A stretch of DNA of 64,000 nucleotides from Sedimentisphaerales bacterium (GTDB lineage Bacteria > Planctomycetota > Phycisphaerae > Sedimentisphaerales > Anaerobacaceae): assembly GCA_040772485.1 (NCBI GenBank), contig JAXGYC010000011.1, positions 96,001-160,000 on the forward strand. Direction: 5' to 3'. The notes beneath the pieces were generated by a model, which ran no database searches, had not been told where the DNA came from, and was given only the letters and a program-made list of their open reading frames with translations. A program made the translations under genes and the position numbers. Positions 1 to 10,406 of the stretch are shown in pieces. Position 1 is the first letter of the stretch, and each line of letters opens with the position of its first letter.

Positions 1-108
1 ATGGCGTAGCGTCCGAGAAGGCACCGCGTAGCAGGACCATCCGCACTGCGTGTCCGTGCCTGGTTCTGCCATCGGCCGTTCGATGGAGCATGAGATCAGG
101 AGTCGGAG

Positions 109-1581
109 ATGTCGGAGACAGCGAGCTATATCGCCGTGGACCTCGGCGCCGAAAGCGGGCGCGTCATGCTCGGGACGATGGCGGCCGGGAAGTTGCACCT
201 CGAAGAACTGCATCGCTTCAGCAACGGGCCCGTTGACGTGAATGGCTCGCTGCGATGGGATTTCGATCGCCTGCTGAACGAGGTCAGGAAGGGCATCGCT
301 CTGGCCTCCAGGAAGGCGGGGGGCGAGCCACTGGGCATCGGCGTCGACACCTGGGGCGTGGACTTCGGCCTGATCGGCGACGATGGCCGGCTCATCGAGG
401 CCCCTTTCCACTACCGCGACAGCCGGACCAACGGCATGATGGACAAGGCCTTTGAGCTGATGCCCAAGCGGGACGTCTACCAGAACACGGGCATTCAGTT
501 CATGCAGTTGAACTCGCTGTATCAACTGCTGGCCGTGCGTCTGGCCGGCTCGGCCGCCCTGGCCAAGACGAAGAGACTCATCTTCATGGCGGACCTGTTC
601 TCGTATTTCCTCTGCGGCAAGGCCTTCGGCGAATACACCCTGGCCAGCACTTCGCAGATGATGGACATGGCGACGGGCCGGTGGTCCAAGGCGATCTTCG
701 AGAAGCTCGGCCTTCCGATGGAGGTCATGCCCGCGATCGTCATGCCCGGCACCGTGGTCGGACCCTTGACCGAAAAGGTCGCGAGCGAGATCGGCTGCGG
801 GAAGATTCCGGTCATCGCGGTCGGTTCGCACGACACCGCTTCGGCCGTGCTCGGCGTGCCAGGGACCGGGAGCAACTGGGCCTACCTCTCGTCGGGCACC
901 TGGAGCCTGATGGGCGTCGAGATTCCCAGGGCCATCATCGACGACAAGACATTCGGCTACGGGTTCACGAACGAGGGCGGCGTGCAGAACACGATCCGCC
1001 TGTTGAAGAACATCATGGGTCTGTGGCTGGTGCAGGAATGCAAGCGGCAATGGCAGCGGCAGGGACAGGACCTCTCCTACGGCGAGCTGACCGATCTGGC
1101 GTCGAAGGCCAAGCCCTTCTTTGGCTACATCGACTGCGACTGGAACGAATTCCTGGCGCCGGGCGACATGCCGACCCGGATTAACAAGTACCTCTCGCAG
1201 ACCGGCCAGCCGACAACCACCGACAAGGGACAGATGGTCCGCCTCGTCCTCGAGAGCCTGGCCCTGAAGTACCGCCGGACGCTCGAAGCTATCGAGGACG
1301 TCACAGGCAATGCCATCGACGTGCTCCACATCGTCGGCGGCGGGATTCAGAACGAGCTGCTGTGCCAGTTCGCCGCCGACGCCACCGGCAAGCGAGTCGT
1401 CGCCGGCCCGATTGAAGCGACCGCCAGCGGCAACATCCTGATGCAGGTGATCGCCACCGGCCGACTCAAGAGCATCGACGAGGCCCGCGCGATCGTCCGC
1501 CAGTCCTTCGACCTCAAAGAGTACCAGCCTCGCAACGCGTCGATGTGGACACAGAGATACGAGCAGTATACGAAACGCTGA
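109..1581 (+). CDS. rhaB: Rhamnulokinase (FGGY family carbohydrate kinase)
   Basis: AVDLGAESGR, GIGVDTWGVDFGL, SHDTASA, YLSSGTWSLMG, FTNEGG and GPIEATASGN motifs; rhaA is in the same operon. Confidence 0.9.
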   Translation: MSETASYIAVDLGAESGRVMLGTMAAGKLHLEELHRFSNGPVDVNGSLRWDFDRLLNEVRKGIALASRKAGGEPLGIGVDTWGVDFGLIGDDGRLIEAPFHYRDSRTNGMMDKAFELMPKRDVYQNTGIQFMQLNSLYQLLAVRLAGSAALAKTKRLIFMADLFSYFLCGKAFGEYTLASTSQMMDMATGRWSKAIFEKLGLPMEVMPAIVMPGTVVGPLTEKVASEIGCGKIPVIAVGSHDTASAVLGVPGTGSNWAYLSSGTWSLMGVEIPRAIIDDKTFGYGFTNEGGVQNTIRLLKNIMGLWLVQECKRQWQRQGQDLSYGELTDLASKAKPFFGYIDCDWNEFLAPGDMPTRINKYLSQTGQPTTTDKGQMVRLVLESLALKYRRTLEAIEDVTGNAIDVLHIVGGGIQNELLCQFAADATGKRVVAGPIEATASGNILMQVIATGRLKSIDEARAIVRQSFDLKEYQPRNASMWTQRYEQYTKR

Positions 1582-1634
1582 AGCCGGCATCCCTGTGCGG
1601 TTTCGGTGAGACAAAGTCCCAAGGAGAGAATCGT

Positions 1635-2960
1635 TTGACAGCGGCACTTGAGCGGCAACTGGACAGCTTCGACCTCGCCGAACGCCGGGGGGCGCTTTCG
1701 GCGTTGTGCGACAAGGTCGAATCCGGCGACATCGAACTGCCGCAGCCCGGCCGGTTCGTGAACATGCATTGCCACACCTTCTTTTCGTACAACACCTATG
1801 GCTACTCGCCGACAAAGTTCGCGTGGCTGGCCCGCAAGGCCGGCCTGGCGGCGGCCGGCACGGTGGACTTCGACGTGCTCGACGCGCTGGAGGAGTTTCA
1901 GCAGGCGCGACGCAGGCTGGACCTGAAGGGCTGCTCGGGTCTGGAGACGCGGGTCTACGTGCCCGAGTTCTCCACGCGCGTCATCAACTCGCCGGGCGAG
2001 CCGGGCATCTCATACCACATGGGCGTGGGCTTCCCGAACTCGCAGGTGCCCGCCTCGCAGCAGAGTTTCCTCAATGGTCTCAAACAGACGGCCCAGCAAC
2101 GAAATCGCGATTTGATGCAGCGAGTCAACAAGTACCTCAGCCCCGTTGAACTCGACTATGAGCGCGACGTGCTGGCGCTGACCCCGGCGGGCAACGCCAC
2201 GGAGCGCCACATGTGTCTGGCCTACGCCCGCAAGGCGGCCGCGCACTTTGGCGGCGGCAAGCCTCTTGCTGATTTCTGGGCCCGGAAGCTGGGCGTCGGC
2301 GCCGAGACCCTGGACCTGCCGGAGGGTCGCAATCTGCTGAACACCATCCGAGCAAAGACGATGAAGCGAGGCGGGGTGGGTTACGTCCAGCCCGACAAAG
2401 GCTCGTTCCCCCTGATGGCCGACACCAATCGCTTCATCCTCGCCTGCGGCGGAATACCCACGCACACCTGGCTCGACGGCACCAGCGACGGCGAACGAGA
2501 CATCGAAGAGCTTCTCGACGTGGCGATGAGCACCGGCGCCGTCGCGATCAACGTGATTCCCGACCGCAACTACACGCCGGGAAAGCAGGACGACAAGGTC
2601 AGGAACCTCTACGAGGTGATCGAGGTCGCCCGGCGCCGCCACCTGGTCGTCGTCGGAGGCACCGAGATGAACAGCCCGGGCCAGAAATTCGTCGATGATT
2701 TCGGAACCGGCGAGCTGGAGCCCCTGCTGCCGGTCTTCCTGACAGGGGCGTATATCGTGTATGCCCACTCGGTCTTGCAGCAGCAATGCGGCCTGGGATA
2801 CACCAGCCCGTGGGCCGAGCGGCACTTCAGGGACCGGGCGGCGCGAAATGAGTTCTTCGCCGCGGTGGGTCGTTCGATACAGCCGGACCGGGAAACGAAG
2901 TTGTCCGCCCTTGGCGAAACGACGACACCCGACGAGGTCCTCAGACAAGTAGAGCAATAA
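1635..2960 (+). CDS. PHP-domain protein (putative metal-dependent phosphoesterase)
   Basis: VNMHCHTFFSY (HxH) and GLET motifs; TTG start at 1635 after an AGGAGA RBS, inside ORF 1545..2960. Confidence 0.65.
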   Translation: MTAALERQLDSFDLAERRGALSALCDKVESGDIELPQPGRFVNMHCHTFFSYNTYGYSPTKFAWLARKAGLAAAGTVDFDVLDALEEFQQARRRLDLKGCSGLETRVYVPEFSTRVINSPGEPGISYHMGVGFPNSQVPASQQSFLNGLKQTAQQRNRDLMQRVNKYLSPVELDYERDVLALTPAGNATERHMCLAYARKAAAHFGGGKPLADFWARKLGVGAETLDLPEGRNLLNTIRAKTMKRGGVGYVQPDKGSFPLMADTNRFILACGGIPTHTWLDGTSDGERDIEELLDVAMSTGAVAINVIPDRNYTPGKQDDKVRNLYEVIEVARRRHLVVVGGTEMNSPGQKFVDDFGTGELEPLLPVFLTGAYIVYAHSVLQQQCGLGYTSPWAERHFRDRAARNEFFAAVGRSIQPDRETKLSALGETTTPDEVLRQVEQ

Positions 2961-3003
2961 GAACCTTCGCAGCAGAATCAACACAGAAGTGAAGGCTTGG
3001 ACC

Positions 3004-4668
3004 ATGACAAGCATCCCGGCATCGCAGTGGGCCGTCCAATTGGTGGGCCCCGACCAACTCGTCCTGAACCAGTCCAAGGAGGTCTTTCGACCCGGTCCGC
3101 ACCAGATCCTCGCCAAAGTCGAGGTCGTCGGACTGTGTTTTTCCGACCTGAAACTGCTCAAGCAATTCACCGGCCACGTCCGTAAGGGTCCCATCGTTTC
3201 GGGCATCGAGCCGGACGCGTTGACGCAGATTCCCAGCTACGTGCCGAACGACAAGCCAACGGTGCCGGGCCACGAGACGGTCGTGCGGATCGTCGAGGTG
3301 GGCCCCGGCGTCACGAGGCACAAGATCGGCGAACGCTACCTCGTGCAGACGGACTACCGCTGGCTGCACACTGCCAGTTCCAACGCCGCGTTCGGCTACA
3401 ACTTCGAGGGCGCCCTGCAGGAGTACGTCCTGATGGACGAGCGGGCGATCACCAGCCCCGACGGGGAATCGATGCTGATCCCGGCAGCCGAGGACCGGTC
3501 GGGCTCAGCCATCGCACTGGTCGAACCGTGGGCCTGCGTGGAAGACGCCTACGCGACGAAGGAACGTACAACGCTCCAAACGGGCGGCCAGATGCTCATC
3601 GTGGCCGAAGCCGACATCCCGGAAGGCCGACTCGGCAGTCTGTTCAAACGATACGGCACACCGGCGCAAATCACGTGGGTCGCGAAATCGAATCCGCCCG
3701 CCAAGCTCACGATTCCGGTGGTGCGGGCCAGTGAATATGAAGACCTGGACGACGCCGCGTTCGACGACGTGGTCTACTTCGGATCGAGCGCCAGGACGGT
3801 GGAGGACCTGTTCGCCAAGGTCGCCGCCCACGGGATATTGAACATCGTTCTCTGCGGCGACCGCTTCAGCCGGCCCGTCGTCACGATGGTCGGCCGGGTT
3901 CACTACGGAGGCATTCGCATCATCGGGACAACCGACGCCGACCCCGCCAGCTCCATGAAGACCATCCCGAAGACCGGGGAGATCCGCCACGGCGACAAGG
4001 TCAACGTCGTCGGCGCCGGCGGACCGATGGGGATGATGCACGTCATCCGCAATCTGTGCCAGGGGATCGAAGGCGTCAGCGTATACGCGGGCGACGTCGA
4101 CGACAACCGCCTGGCAATGCTCACGAAGATCGCCGAGCCGCTGGCCCGGAACAACGGCCTCGAATACATCCCGTACAACGCCAAGGAGCCACCGGGCGGC
4201 GAGGAGTTCAGCTACTCGGTTCTGATGGCGCCGATCCCGGAACTGGTGGCCGCGGCGGTGCAGGACGCCGCGATGCACGGGATCATCAACATCTTCGCCG
4301 GCATCCCGGCCAACGTCACCGGCCAGATCGACCTGAACGCCTACATCGAGAAACGCCTGTACTTCATCGGAACCAGCGGATCGACGCTCGACGACATGAA
4401 ACGGATGCTGGCCAAGGTCGAATCAAACCGGCTCGACACCAACGTCAGCGTGGCGGCCATTTCGGGCCTCCAGGGGGCGCTCGACGGGATTCGCGCCGTG
4501 GAGAACCGCACGATCGCAGGCAAGATCGTCGTCTATCCGGCGTGCCGGGACCTTCCGCTGCTCCGTCTCGAAGAGCTTGTGGCCAAGCGGCCCGACGTCG
4601 CGGCCTGTCTGAAGGACGGACTCTGGACACTCCAAGCGGAGAAGAAGCTGCTGGAGGCATGCACCTGA
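3004..4668 (+). CDS. Zn-binding MDR dehydrogenase, L-sorbose-1-phosphate reductase (SorE)-like, with an extra internal domain
   Basis: GLCFSD, PGHE, LVEPWAC, VVGAGGPMG and IGTSGS motifs; start is 2989 (GTG) or 3004 (ATG). Confidence 0.7.
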   Translation: MTSIPASQWAVQLVGPDQLVLNQSKEVFRPGPHQILAKVEVVGLCFSDLKLLKQFTGHVRKGPIVSGIEPDALTQIPSYVPNDKPTVPGHETVVRIVEVGPGVTRHKIGERYLVQTDYRWLHTASSNAAFGYNFEGALQEYVLMDERAITSPDGESMLIPAAEDRSGSAIALVEPWACVEDAYATKERTTLQTGGQMLIVAEADIPEGRLGSLFKRYGTPAQITWVAKSNPPAKLTIPVVRASEYEDLDDAAFDDVVYFGSSARTVEDLFAKVAAHGILNIVLCGDRFSRPVVTMVGRVHYGGIRIIGTTDADPASSMKTIPKTGEIRHGDKVNVVGAGGPMGMMHVIRNLCQGIEGVSVYAGDVDDNRLAMLTKIAEPLARNNGLEYIPYNAKEPPGGEEFSYSVLMAPIPELVAAAVQDAAMHGIINIFAGIPANVTGQIDLNAYIEKRLYFIGTSGSTLDDMKRMLAKVESNRLDTNVSVAAISGLQGALDGIRAVENRTIAGKIVVYPACRDLPLLRLEELVAKRPDVAACLKDGLWTLQAEKKLLEACT

Positions 4669-4688
4669 AAATCAGAGAAGGGAAGGAT

Positions 4689-5892
4689 ATGGAACGAGAC
4701 AAGCGCCGATCAACGCATCAACTCCCGATTGGTCTGTGCCGTGGTAGACTCATCGCCTTGGCCGGTGGCGCGGCGCTGCTGCTCCTGCTGACGGCCGGAG
4801 CGTTGAACGCCGCAGAGACGCCGTTCAACGGCCTGGACATGAGCCTCAGCAACCTGGCCAGATTGTCGGACGCCAGGACGCGCTCGATCAGCCCGGAGAA
4901 TTTCACAGGCGAGAAGGGCAAAGGAGGCATGGCCACCGAAGGGACAGGCCAGAACGCCGGACGAGAGCTGGGCCAAGGCTGGAAGATTTCGCCCTCCGTG
5001 AGGATCGACGCGGGCCAGACCTTCACCATGGCCGACATCAACGGCTCCGGTGCCATCCAGCACATCTGGATGACCCCGACGGGCGACAACCGCCTGAACA
5101 TCTTGCGAATCTACTGGGACCAGGAGGAGGCCCCGTCGGTGGAGTGCCCGGCCGGCGATTTCTTCGCCTGCGGCATGGGCGAATACACCCAGGTGACATC
5201 GCTGCCGGTCTGCGTCAACCCGGGCAGCGGCTTCAACTGCTACTGGACGATGCCCTTCCGCAAGAGCTGCCGGATCACGATGACCAACCTCGACGAGAAG
5301 GCGATGATTCTCTACTACCAGATCGATTACACGCTGACGCACGTGCCAGACGACATGGCGTATTTCCACGCGCAGTTCCGGCGTGTCAATCCGCTGCCCT
5401 ACAAGGACGTCCACACGCTCGTCGAAGGCATCAAGGGCCGTGGTCAATACGTCGGGACCTACATGACCTGGGGCTCGAACAGTCCCCGGCTGGTGGGGCG
5501 AAGGCGAGATCAAGTTCTACATGGACGGCGATCGGGAGTTCCCCACGATCTGCGGGACGGGAACGGAGGACTACTTCTGCGGCTCGTACGGTTTCATGGC
5601 ACCGGGGACTCGCGACTATCAGGAATTCAGCACGCCGTATGCGGGCATGCCCCAGGTGATCCTGTCCGAGAAGCAGCCGCGATTCAGTCTCTATCGCTGG
5701 CACATCATGGACCCGGTCCGTTTCGAGCGGGACCTGAAAGTGACCATGCAGGCCCTGGGCTGGCAAAGCGAGGGACGTTACCTGCCGTTGCAGGATGACA
5801 TCTCGTCGGTGGTCTACTGGTACCAGACCGAGCCGCATGCCCCATTCCCCAAGCTGCCCGCGAAGAAGGAACTGATCATCGTCAAGCCATAG
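4689..5892 (+). pseudogene. DUF2961 / GH172-like glycoside hydrolase interrupted by a +1 frameshift (true pseudogene or sequencing error)
   Basis: Signal peptide, then RSISPENFTGEKGKGG, GAIQHIWMT and YFHAQFRR in one frame; WWGEGEIKFYMDGD..GTGTEDYF..SLYRWH continue in another frame; extra C in the CCCC run at 5484-5487. Confidence 0.8.
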
Positions 5893-5928
5893 CGGGGGAC
5901 CTGCATCTTTTGACCGAAGAGGACAATC

Positions 5929-7194
5929 ATGAGCGATTTGAAGAAGGTCGAACCGGCCTACCAACTGGCACGTGAACGGTACGCTGAGATCGGCGTAGAC
6001 ACCGACAAGGCGATGGACCGGCTGGGCAAGATCCCGATCTCGCTGCACTGCTGGCAAGGCGATGACGTAGGCGGATTCGAGAATCCCGAGACCGGCCTCG
6101 ACGGCGGTCTGGCGGTGACCGGCAACTATCCGGGCAAGGCCCGCACGCCGGACCAGTTGCGCACCGACCTGGAAAAGACCCTGAGCATGATCCCGGGCAA
6201 ACATCGCCTGAATCTTCACGCGATCTACCTCGACGCGAAACGCAAGGTGGAACGCAACGAACTGGAGCCAGAGCACTTCGCCACATGGGTCCAGTGGGCC
6301 AGGGCCAACGGCCTGGGCATGGACTTCAACGGGACCTACTTCTCGCACCCCAAGGCCGACAGCGGGTTTACGCTCTCCAGCGCCGATGACGGCATCCGGC
6401 AGTTCTGGATCGAACACGGAATCTGCTGCCGCAGGGTCGGCGCCTACATCGGCAAGGAACTGGGCACACCCTGCGTGACCAACGTCTGGATTCCCGACGG
6501 CTACAAGGACCTCCCGGTGGACCGTCTGGCCCCGCGGCAGAGGCTGGCCGACTCGCTCGACAGGATCTTCGCCGAGAAGATCGACAAGGCGATCCACCTC
6601 GACGCTGTCGAATCGAAGCTGTTCGGCATCGGCGCCGAGAGCTACACGGTCGGCTCCCACGAGTTTTACATGGGCTATGCGACGTCGCGACAGATCCTGC
6701 TGTGCCTGGACGCGGGACACTATCACCCGACCGAGGTCATCTCGGACAAGATCTCGTCCGTGCTGATGTTCGTGCCGGAGCTGCTGCTGCACGTCAGCCG
6801 TCCGGTGCGATGGGACAGCGACCACGTGGTCATCCTCGACGACGAGCTGCGAGCCATCGCGCAGGAACTGGTGCGCAGCGGCAAGCTCGACAAGGTCCAC
6901 ATCGGCCTGGATTTCTTCGACGCCAGCATCAATCGCATCGCCGCCTGGGTCATCGGCACGCGCTGCATGATCAAGGCCCTGCTGATCGCCCTGTTGGAGC
7001 CGACCGACATGCTGCGCAAAGCCGAGAAAAGCGGCGACTATACGCTGCGGCTGGCGATGCTCGAAGAGCTCAAGACCTTGCCCTATGGCGCGGTGTGGGA
7101 CTACTATTGTGCCCGGTCCGATGTGCCGGTCGGCTCCGCCTGGCTGGCGGACGTCAAAGCCTACGAAAAGAACGTGCTCGCCAAACGAGCGTAG
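5929..7194 (+). CDS. rhaA: L-rhamnose isomerase
   Basis: [47 protein letters not shown] and [14 protein letters not shown] motifs. Confidence 0.95.
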   Translation: MSDLKKVEPAYQLARERYAEIGVDTDKAMDRLGKIPISLHCWQGDDVGGFENPETGLDGGLAVTGNYPGKARTPDQLRTDLEKTLSMIPGKHRLNLHAIYLDAKRKVERNELEPEHFATWVQWARANGLGMDFNGTYFSHPKADSGFTLSSADDGIRQFWIEHGICCRRVGAYIGKELGTPCVTNVWIPDGYKDLPVDRLAPRQRLADSLDRIFAEKIDKAIHLDAVESKLFGIGAESYTVGSHEFYMGYATSRQILLCLDAGHYHPTEVISDKISSVLMFVPELLLHVSRPVRWDSDHVVILDDELRAIAQELVRSGKLDKVHIGLDFFDASINRIAAWVIGTRCMIKALLIALLEPTDMLRKAEKSGDYTLRLAMLEELKTLPYGAVWDYYCARSDVPVGSAWLADVKAYEKNVLAKRA

Positions 7195-7226
7195 CAGACA
7201 AACAAGCTGCGGGAAGGGACAGACGC

Positions 7227-8654
7227 ATGAGCGAAGAACGGCAGTCACAGCAGACGCAGGCGGGAGATGAATTCGAGCGCGAGCCGGTGCCGCAGAACAG
7301 GCTGCTCGGCTTCAAGAGCTTCGTCGGCATGTACGCGGGCGAGCACTGCGCCGGCACGGAACTGATGATCGGGCCGCTGTTCGTGGCCGCCGGCGTCAGC
7401 GCATTCGACCTCGTCGTGGGACTGATTGCGGGCAACGTGCTGGCCGTCTTGAGCTGGATGTTCCTGTGCGCTCCGATCGCCACGCGGGCCCGGCTGACGC
7501 TCTACTACCAACTGGAGAAGATCTGCGGGCGGCAGCTCGTCACGCTGTACAACCTCGCCAACGGCGTGATGTTCTGCTTCCTGGCGGGCGCGATGGTGAC
7601 GGTGTCGGCCACAGCGCTGGGCGTCTGGTTCAAGTTCCCGATGCCGGAGTTGAGCGACAAGTATCCCAACAGCATCGGATGGGTGATCGCGGTGCTGGCG
7701 TGCGGCGCGATGATCTCCATCGTAGCCGCCTACGGCTACCAGATCGTATCCAAGGTTGCCAACATCGCGGCCCCCTGGATGGTGCTCGTGTTCATCGCCT
7801 TCGGGCTGGTCGGCTTGAAGCAGTTCATCGACGCCACCGGCTCAGAGGTCAACAACCTCGCGGACGTCTGGACGCTCGCCAAGACGCACATCTGGCAGGG
7901 AGGCGACCCACACCCGGGACGGGTCAAGTTCACCTTCTGGCATGTGATGTTCTTCGCGTGGTTCTGCAACATGGCGATGCACATCGGGATGAGCGACCTG
8001 TCGGTGCTGCGTTTCGCGAAGAAGTCGTGGTACGCCGTGGCCAGCGGGACCGGCATGTTCCTCGGGCACTTCCTGGCCTGGCTGGCGGCGGCGATCCTCT
8101 ACGCGTTCCAGATGCACGCGGAGCCGGGCAACACAAAGGTGCTGCCGGGTCCGCTCGCCTATCAGGCCGCCGGCCTGACCGGTCTTCTCTGCGTGATTAT
8201 CGCCGGCTGGACCACGGCCAACCCGACCATCTACCGCGCCGGCCTGGCATTTCAGGCGGTCGTTCCCAAGTCCTCGCGTTTCCGCGTGACGCTGATTACA
8301 GGCGCCATCGCGACGGTCGCGGCGATGTTCCCGGCGCTGGCCATGAGGCTGTTGGACTTCGTGGCCCTCTACGGGCTGGTCCTGATGCCGATGGGCGCGG
8401 TGATCTTCGTGGACTACTGGCTGATCCGTAAGTTTGGCCTGAAGAGTTCGTATGCCGAACTGAGCGGAAGGGCCTTCAATTGGGCCGCCGGCCTGGCGTG
8501 GGGAGTGACACTGGTGACGGCGTTCCTGCTCGTCAAATACGCCGGCGTGCAAATCTTCTTTGTTTCCTTGCCCGGCTGGTTTGTGGCCGCCGTTTTGTAC
8601 ATCATCCTGAGCAAGTTCTATCAGAAGAGTATCCGCCCTGCCGCGGCGCTATAA
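7227..8654 (+). CDS. NCS1 / purine-cytosine permease-like transporter
   Basis: About 12 hydrophobic segments, EFEREPVP N-terminus, WTTANPTIY motif; ATG at 7227 within ORF 6702..8654. Confidence 0.7.
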   Translation: MSEERQSQQTQAGDEFEREPVPQNRLLGFKSFVGMYAGEHCAGTELMIGPLFVAAGVSAFDLVVGLIAGNVLAVLSWMFLCAPIATRARLTLYYQLEKICGRQLVTLYNLANGVMFCFLAGAMVTVSATALGVWFKFPMPELSDKYPNSIGWVIAVLACGAMISIVAAYGYQIVSKVANIAAPWMVLVFIAFGLVGLKQFIDATGSEVNNLADVWTLAKTHIWQGGDPHPGRVKFTFWHVMFFAWFCNMAMHIGMSDLSVLRFAKKSWYAVASGTGMFLGHFLAWLAAAILYAFQMHAEPGNTKVLPGPLAYQAAGLTGLLCVIIAGWTTANPTIYRAGLAFQAVVPKSSRFRVTLITGAIATVAAMFPALAMRLLDFVALYGLVLMPMGAVIFVDYWLIRKFGLKSSYAELSGRAFNWAAGLAWGVTLVTAFLLVKYAGVQIFFVSLPGWFVAAVLYIILSKFYQKSIRPAAAL

Positions 8655-8666
8655 GGAGAAGTCCCC

Positions 8667-8870
8667 ATGCGTTCGATCCTGATAACTGTCTCCCTTGCAT
8701 CGTTAGTCGCGCTGATCCTGCCCTCGATCCTGTTTCTGGCCGGCCGGATGGACCTGGACAAAGCCAAGTGGATCATGATCCTGGCGACCATCATCTGGTT
8801 CGTCACCGCCACCGGCTGGATGTGGAAAGAGCCGGACAAGATGCAGAAGGACGAGGTCGTCGTTCCGTGA
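8667..8870 (+). CDS. Small two-TM membrane protein (67 aa)
   Basis: AAGGAG RBS immediately after the permease stop; two hydrophobic helices. Confidence 0.65.
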   Translation: MRSILITVSLASLVALILPSILFLAGRMDLDKAKWIMILATIIWFVTATGWMWKEPDKMQKDEVVVP

Positions 8871-8906
8871 TACGCAGAGGTGGTCTCCGGAAAGGGGGCG
8901 TGTGGT

Positions 8907-10295
8907 ATGGAGTCGAGAAGGGAGTTCTTGCGCCGCTTGGGCATCAGCGCGGTCGGTGTCGCCCTGGGCGGCTGTGCGGCGAATCAATCCTTCGCAAAGC
9001 GGCATGAGCCCAATATCGTCTTCATTCTACTGGACGACATGGGCTGGTCCGACCTGCCCTGCTACGGCAACGCATTCCATGAGACGCCGCACATTGACCG
9101 TCTGGCGAAACAGGGCATGCGCTTTACCGATGCCTATGCCGCCTGTCCGGTGTGCTCGCCGACAAGGGCCAGCATCATGGCCGGCCAGTATCCTGCCCGC
9201 GTCGGGGTCACCGATTTCATCCCGGGCCATTGGCGGCCCTACGACAAGCTGCGCGTGCCGACGAACCGCACACAATACCTGCCGCTCGAGATCGTCACCA
9301 TCGCCGAGGCGCTTCAGGGGGCCGGATACGTCACGGGCCACGTCGGCAAGTGGCACCTGGGTGGAGCCGACCGTGAACCGCAGATGCAGGGTTTCGATTT
9401 CGTTCGCCTGAGCGGACTGAATCGCACCGATAAGCAGGTCACCGCGTTCACCGACAGCGCTATCGAGTTCATCGAGACCCACAGCGACAGGCCGTTCTTC
9501 CTGTACCTCGCCCATCATACCGTGCACATCCCGCTCGAAGCGCCGGCCGATCTGGTGGAGAAGTACGAGAACAAACCCAAACCGGCCACCGGCGTCAACA
9601 ATCCGGTCTACGCCGCCATGATCGAGCACGTGGACGCCAACGTTGGGCGCATCCTGACGAGGCTCGACGAACTGGACTTGTCCGACAACACCATCGTCAT
9701 CTTCTTCTCGGACAATGGCGGGCTGCGGCAGATGTACACCGGCGAAGGCCCGATCGTAACGACGAATGCCCCGCTGCGGGGCGAAAAAGGCACGTTGTAC
9801 GAAGGGGGCATCCGCGTACCGTTGATCGTGCGCTGGCCGGGCGTCGTCGGGCCAAGGAGCCTGTGCAGCACCCCGGTGACGAGCGTGGACTTCTACCCGA
9901 CCCTGCTGGAAATCGCCGGAGCCGCCGGTCCGGCTGGACAGGTGCTCGATGGCCAGAGCCTCATCCCTCTGCTGCGACAGAAAGACCCGTTCGACGACCG
10001 CGCCCTCTATTGGCACTATCCCCACTACCATCATTCGACACCCGCCGGCGCGATCCGCGAAGGCGACTGGAAGCTGATCGAGTTCTTCGAGAACGGTGCG
10101 TCGCAACTGTACAACCTGCGAGACGATCCCGGCGAGCAGACCGATCTGTCCGTCGTCTCTCCACGCAAAGCGTTGGAACTCCAGATCAAGCTGGCCCGAT
10201 GGCGACGGTCCGTCGGCGCGGCGATGCCGGAGATCAACCCCTACTTCGACCCCGCTCGACGCCACGAATGGGGCGCCCACCCCGATCGGCAGTAG
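8907..10295 (+). CDS. Cys-type (formylglycine) sulfatase with Tat signal, possible lipoprotein
   Basis: SRREFL twin-arginine motif, LGGC lipobox-like motif, PNIVFILLDDMG, CSPTRAS, GKWHLG, SDNGG and YEGGIRVP. Confidence 0.9.
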   Translation: MESRREFLRRLGISAVGVALGGCAANQSFAKRHEPNIVFILLDDMGWSDLPCYGNAFHETPHIDRLAKQGMRFTDAYAACPVCSPTRASIMAGQYPARVGVTDFIPGHWRPYDKLRVPTNRTQYLPLEIVTIAEALQGAGYVTGHVGKWHLGGADREPQMQGFDFVRLSGLNRTDKQVTAFTDSAIEFIETHSDRPFFLYLAHHTVHIPLEAPADLVEKYENKPKPATGVNNPVYAAMIEHVDANVGRILTRLDELDLSDNTIVIFFSDNGGLRQMYTGEGPIVTTNAPLRGEKGTLYEGGIRVPLIVRWPGVVGPRSLCSTPVTSVDFYPTLLEIAGAAGPAGQVLDGQSLIPLLRQKDPFDDRALYWHYPHYHHSTPAGAIREGDWKLIEFFENGASQLYNLRDDPGEQTDLSVVSPRKALELQIKLARWRRSVGAAMPEINPYFDPARRHEWGAHPDRQ

Positions 10296-10406
10296 CCTGC
10301 GACGCCGGCGTCTCAGTCAGAACACCGTAGACACGGGCGAAGCGATGTGCTAATAATGACTGCTTCGCAACGGCTCTTAACTCTCGGATTCAGGAAACCA
10401 ACTCAG

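Noticed and set aside
1..108. Possible 3' end of an upstream gene and ORF 50..241
   Set aside because: Too little sequence to identify; the small ORF overlaps rhaB out of frame
4056..4688. Long N-terminal extensions in the ORF track (4056, 6702, 19571, 32271, 55079, 61310)
   Set aside because: They overlap upstream genes or promoters; downstream starts with RBSs or family-typical N-termini fit better
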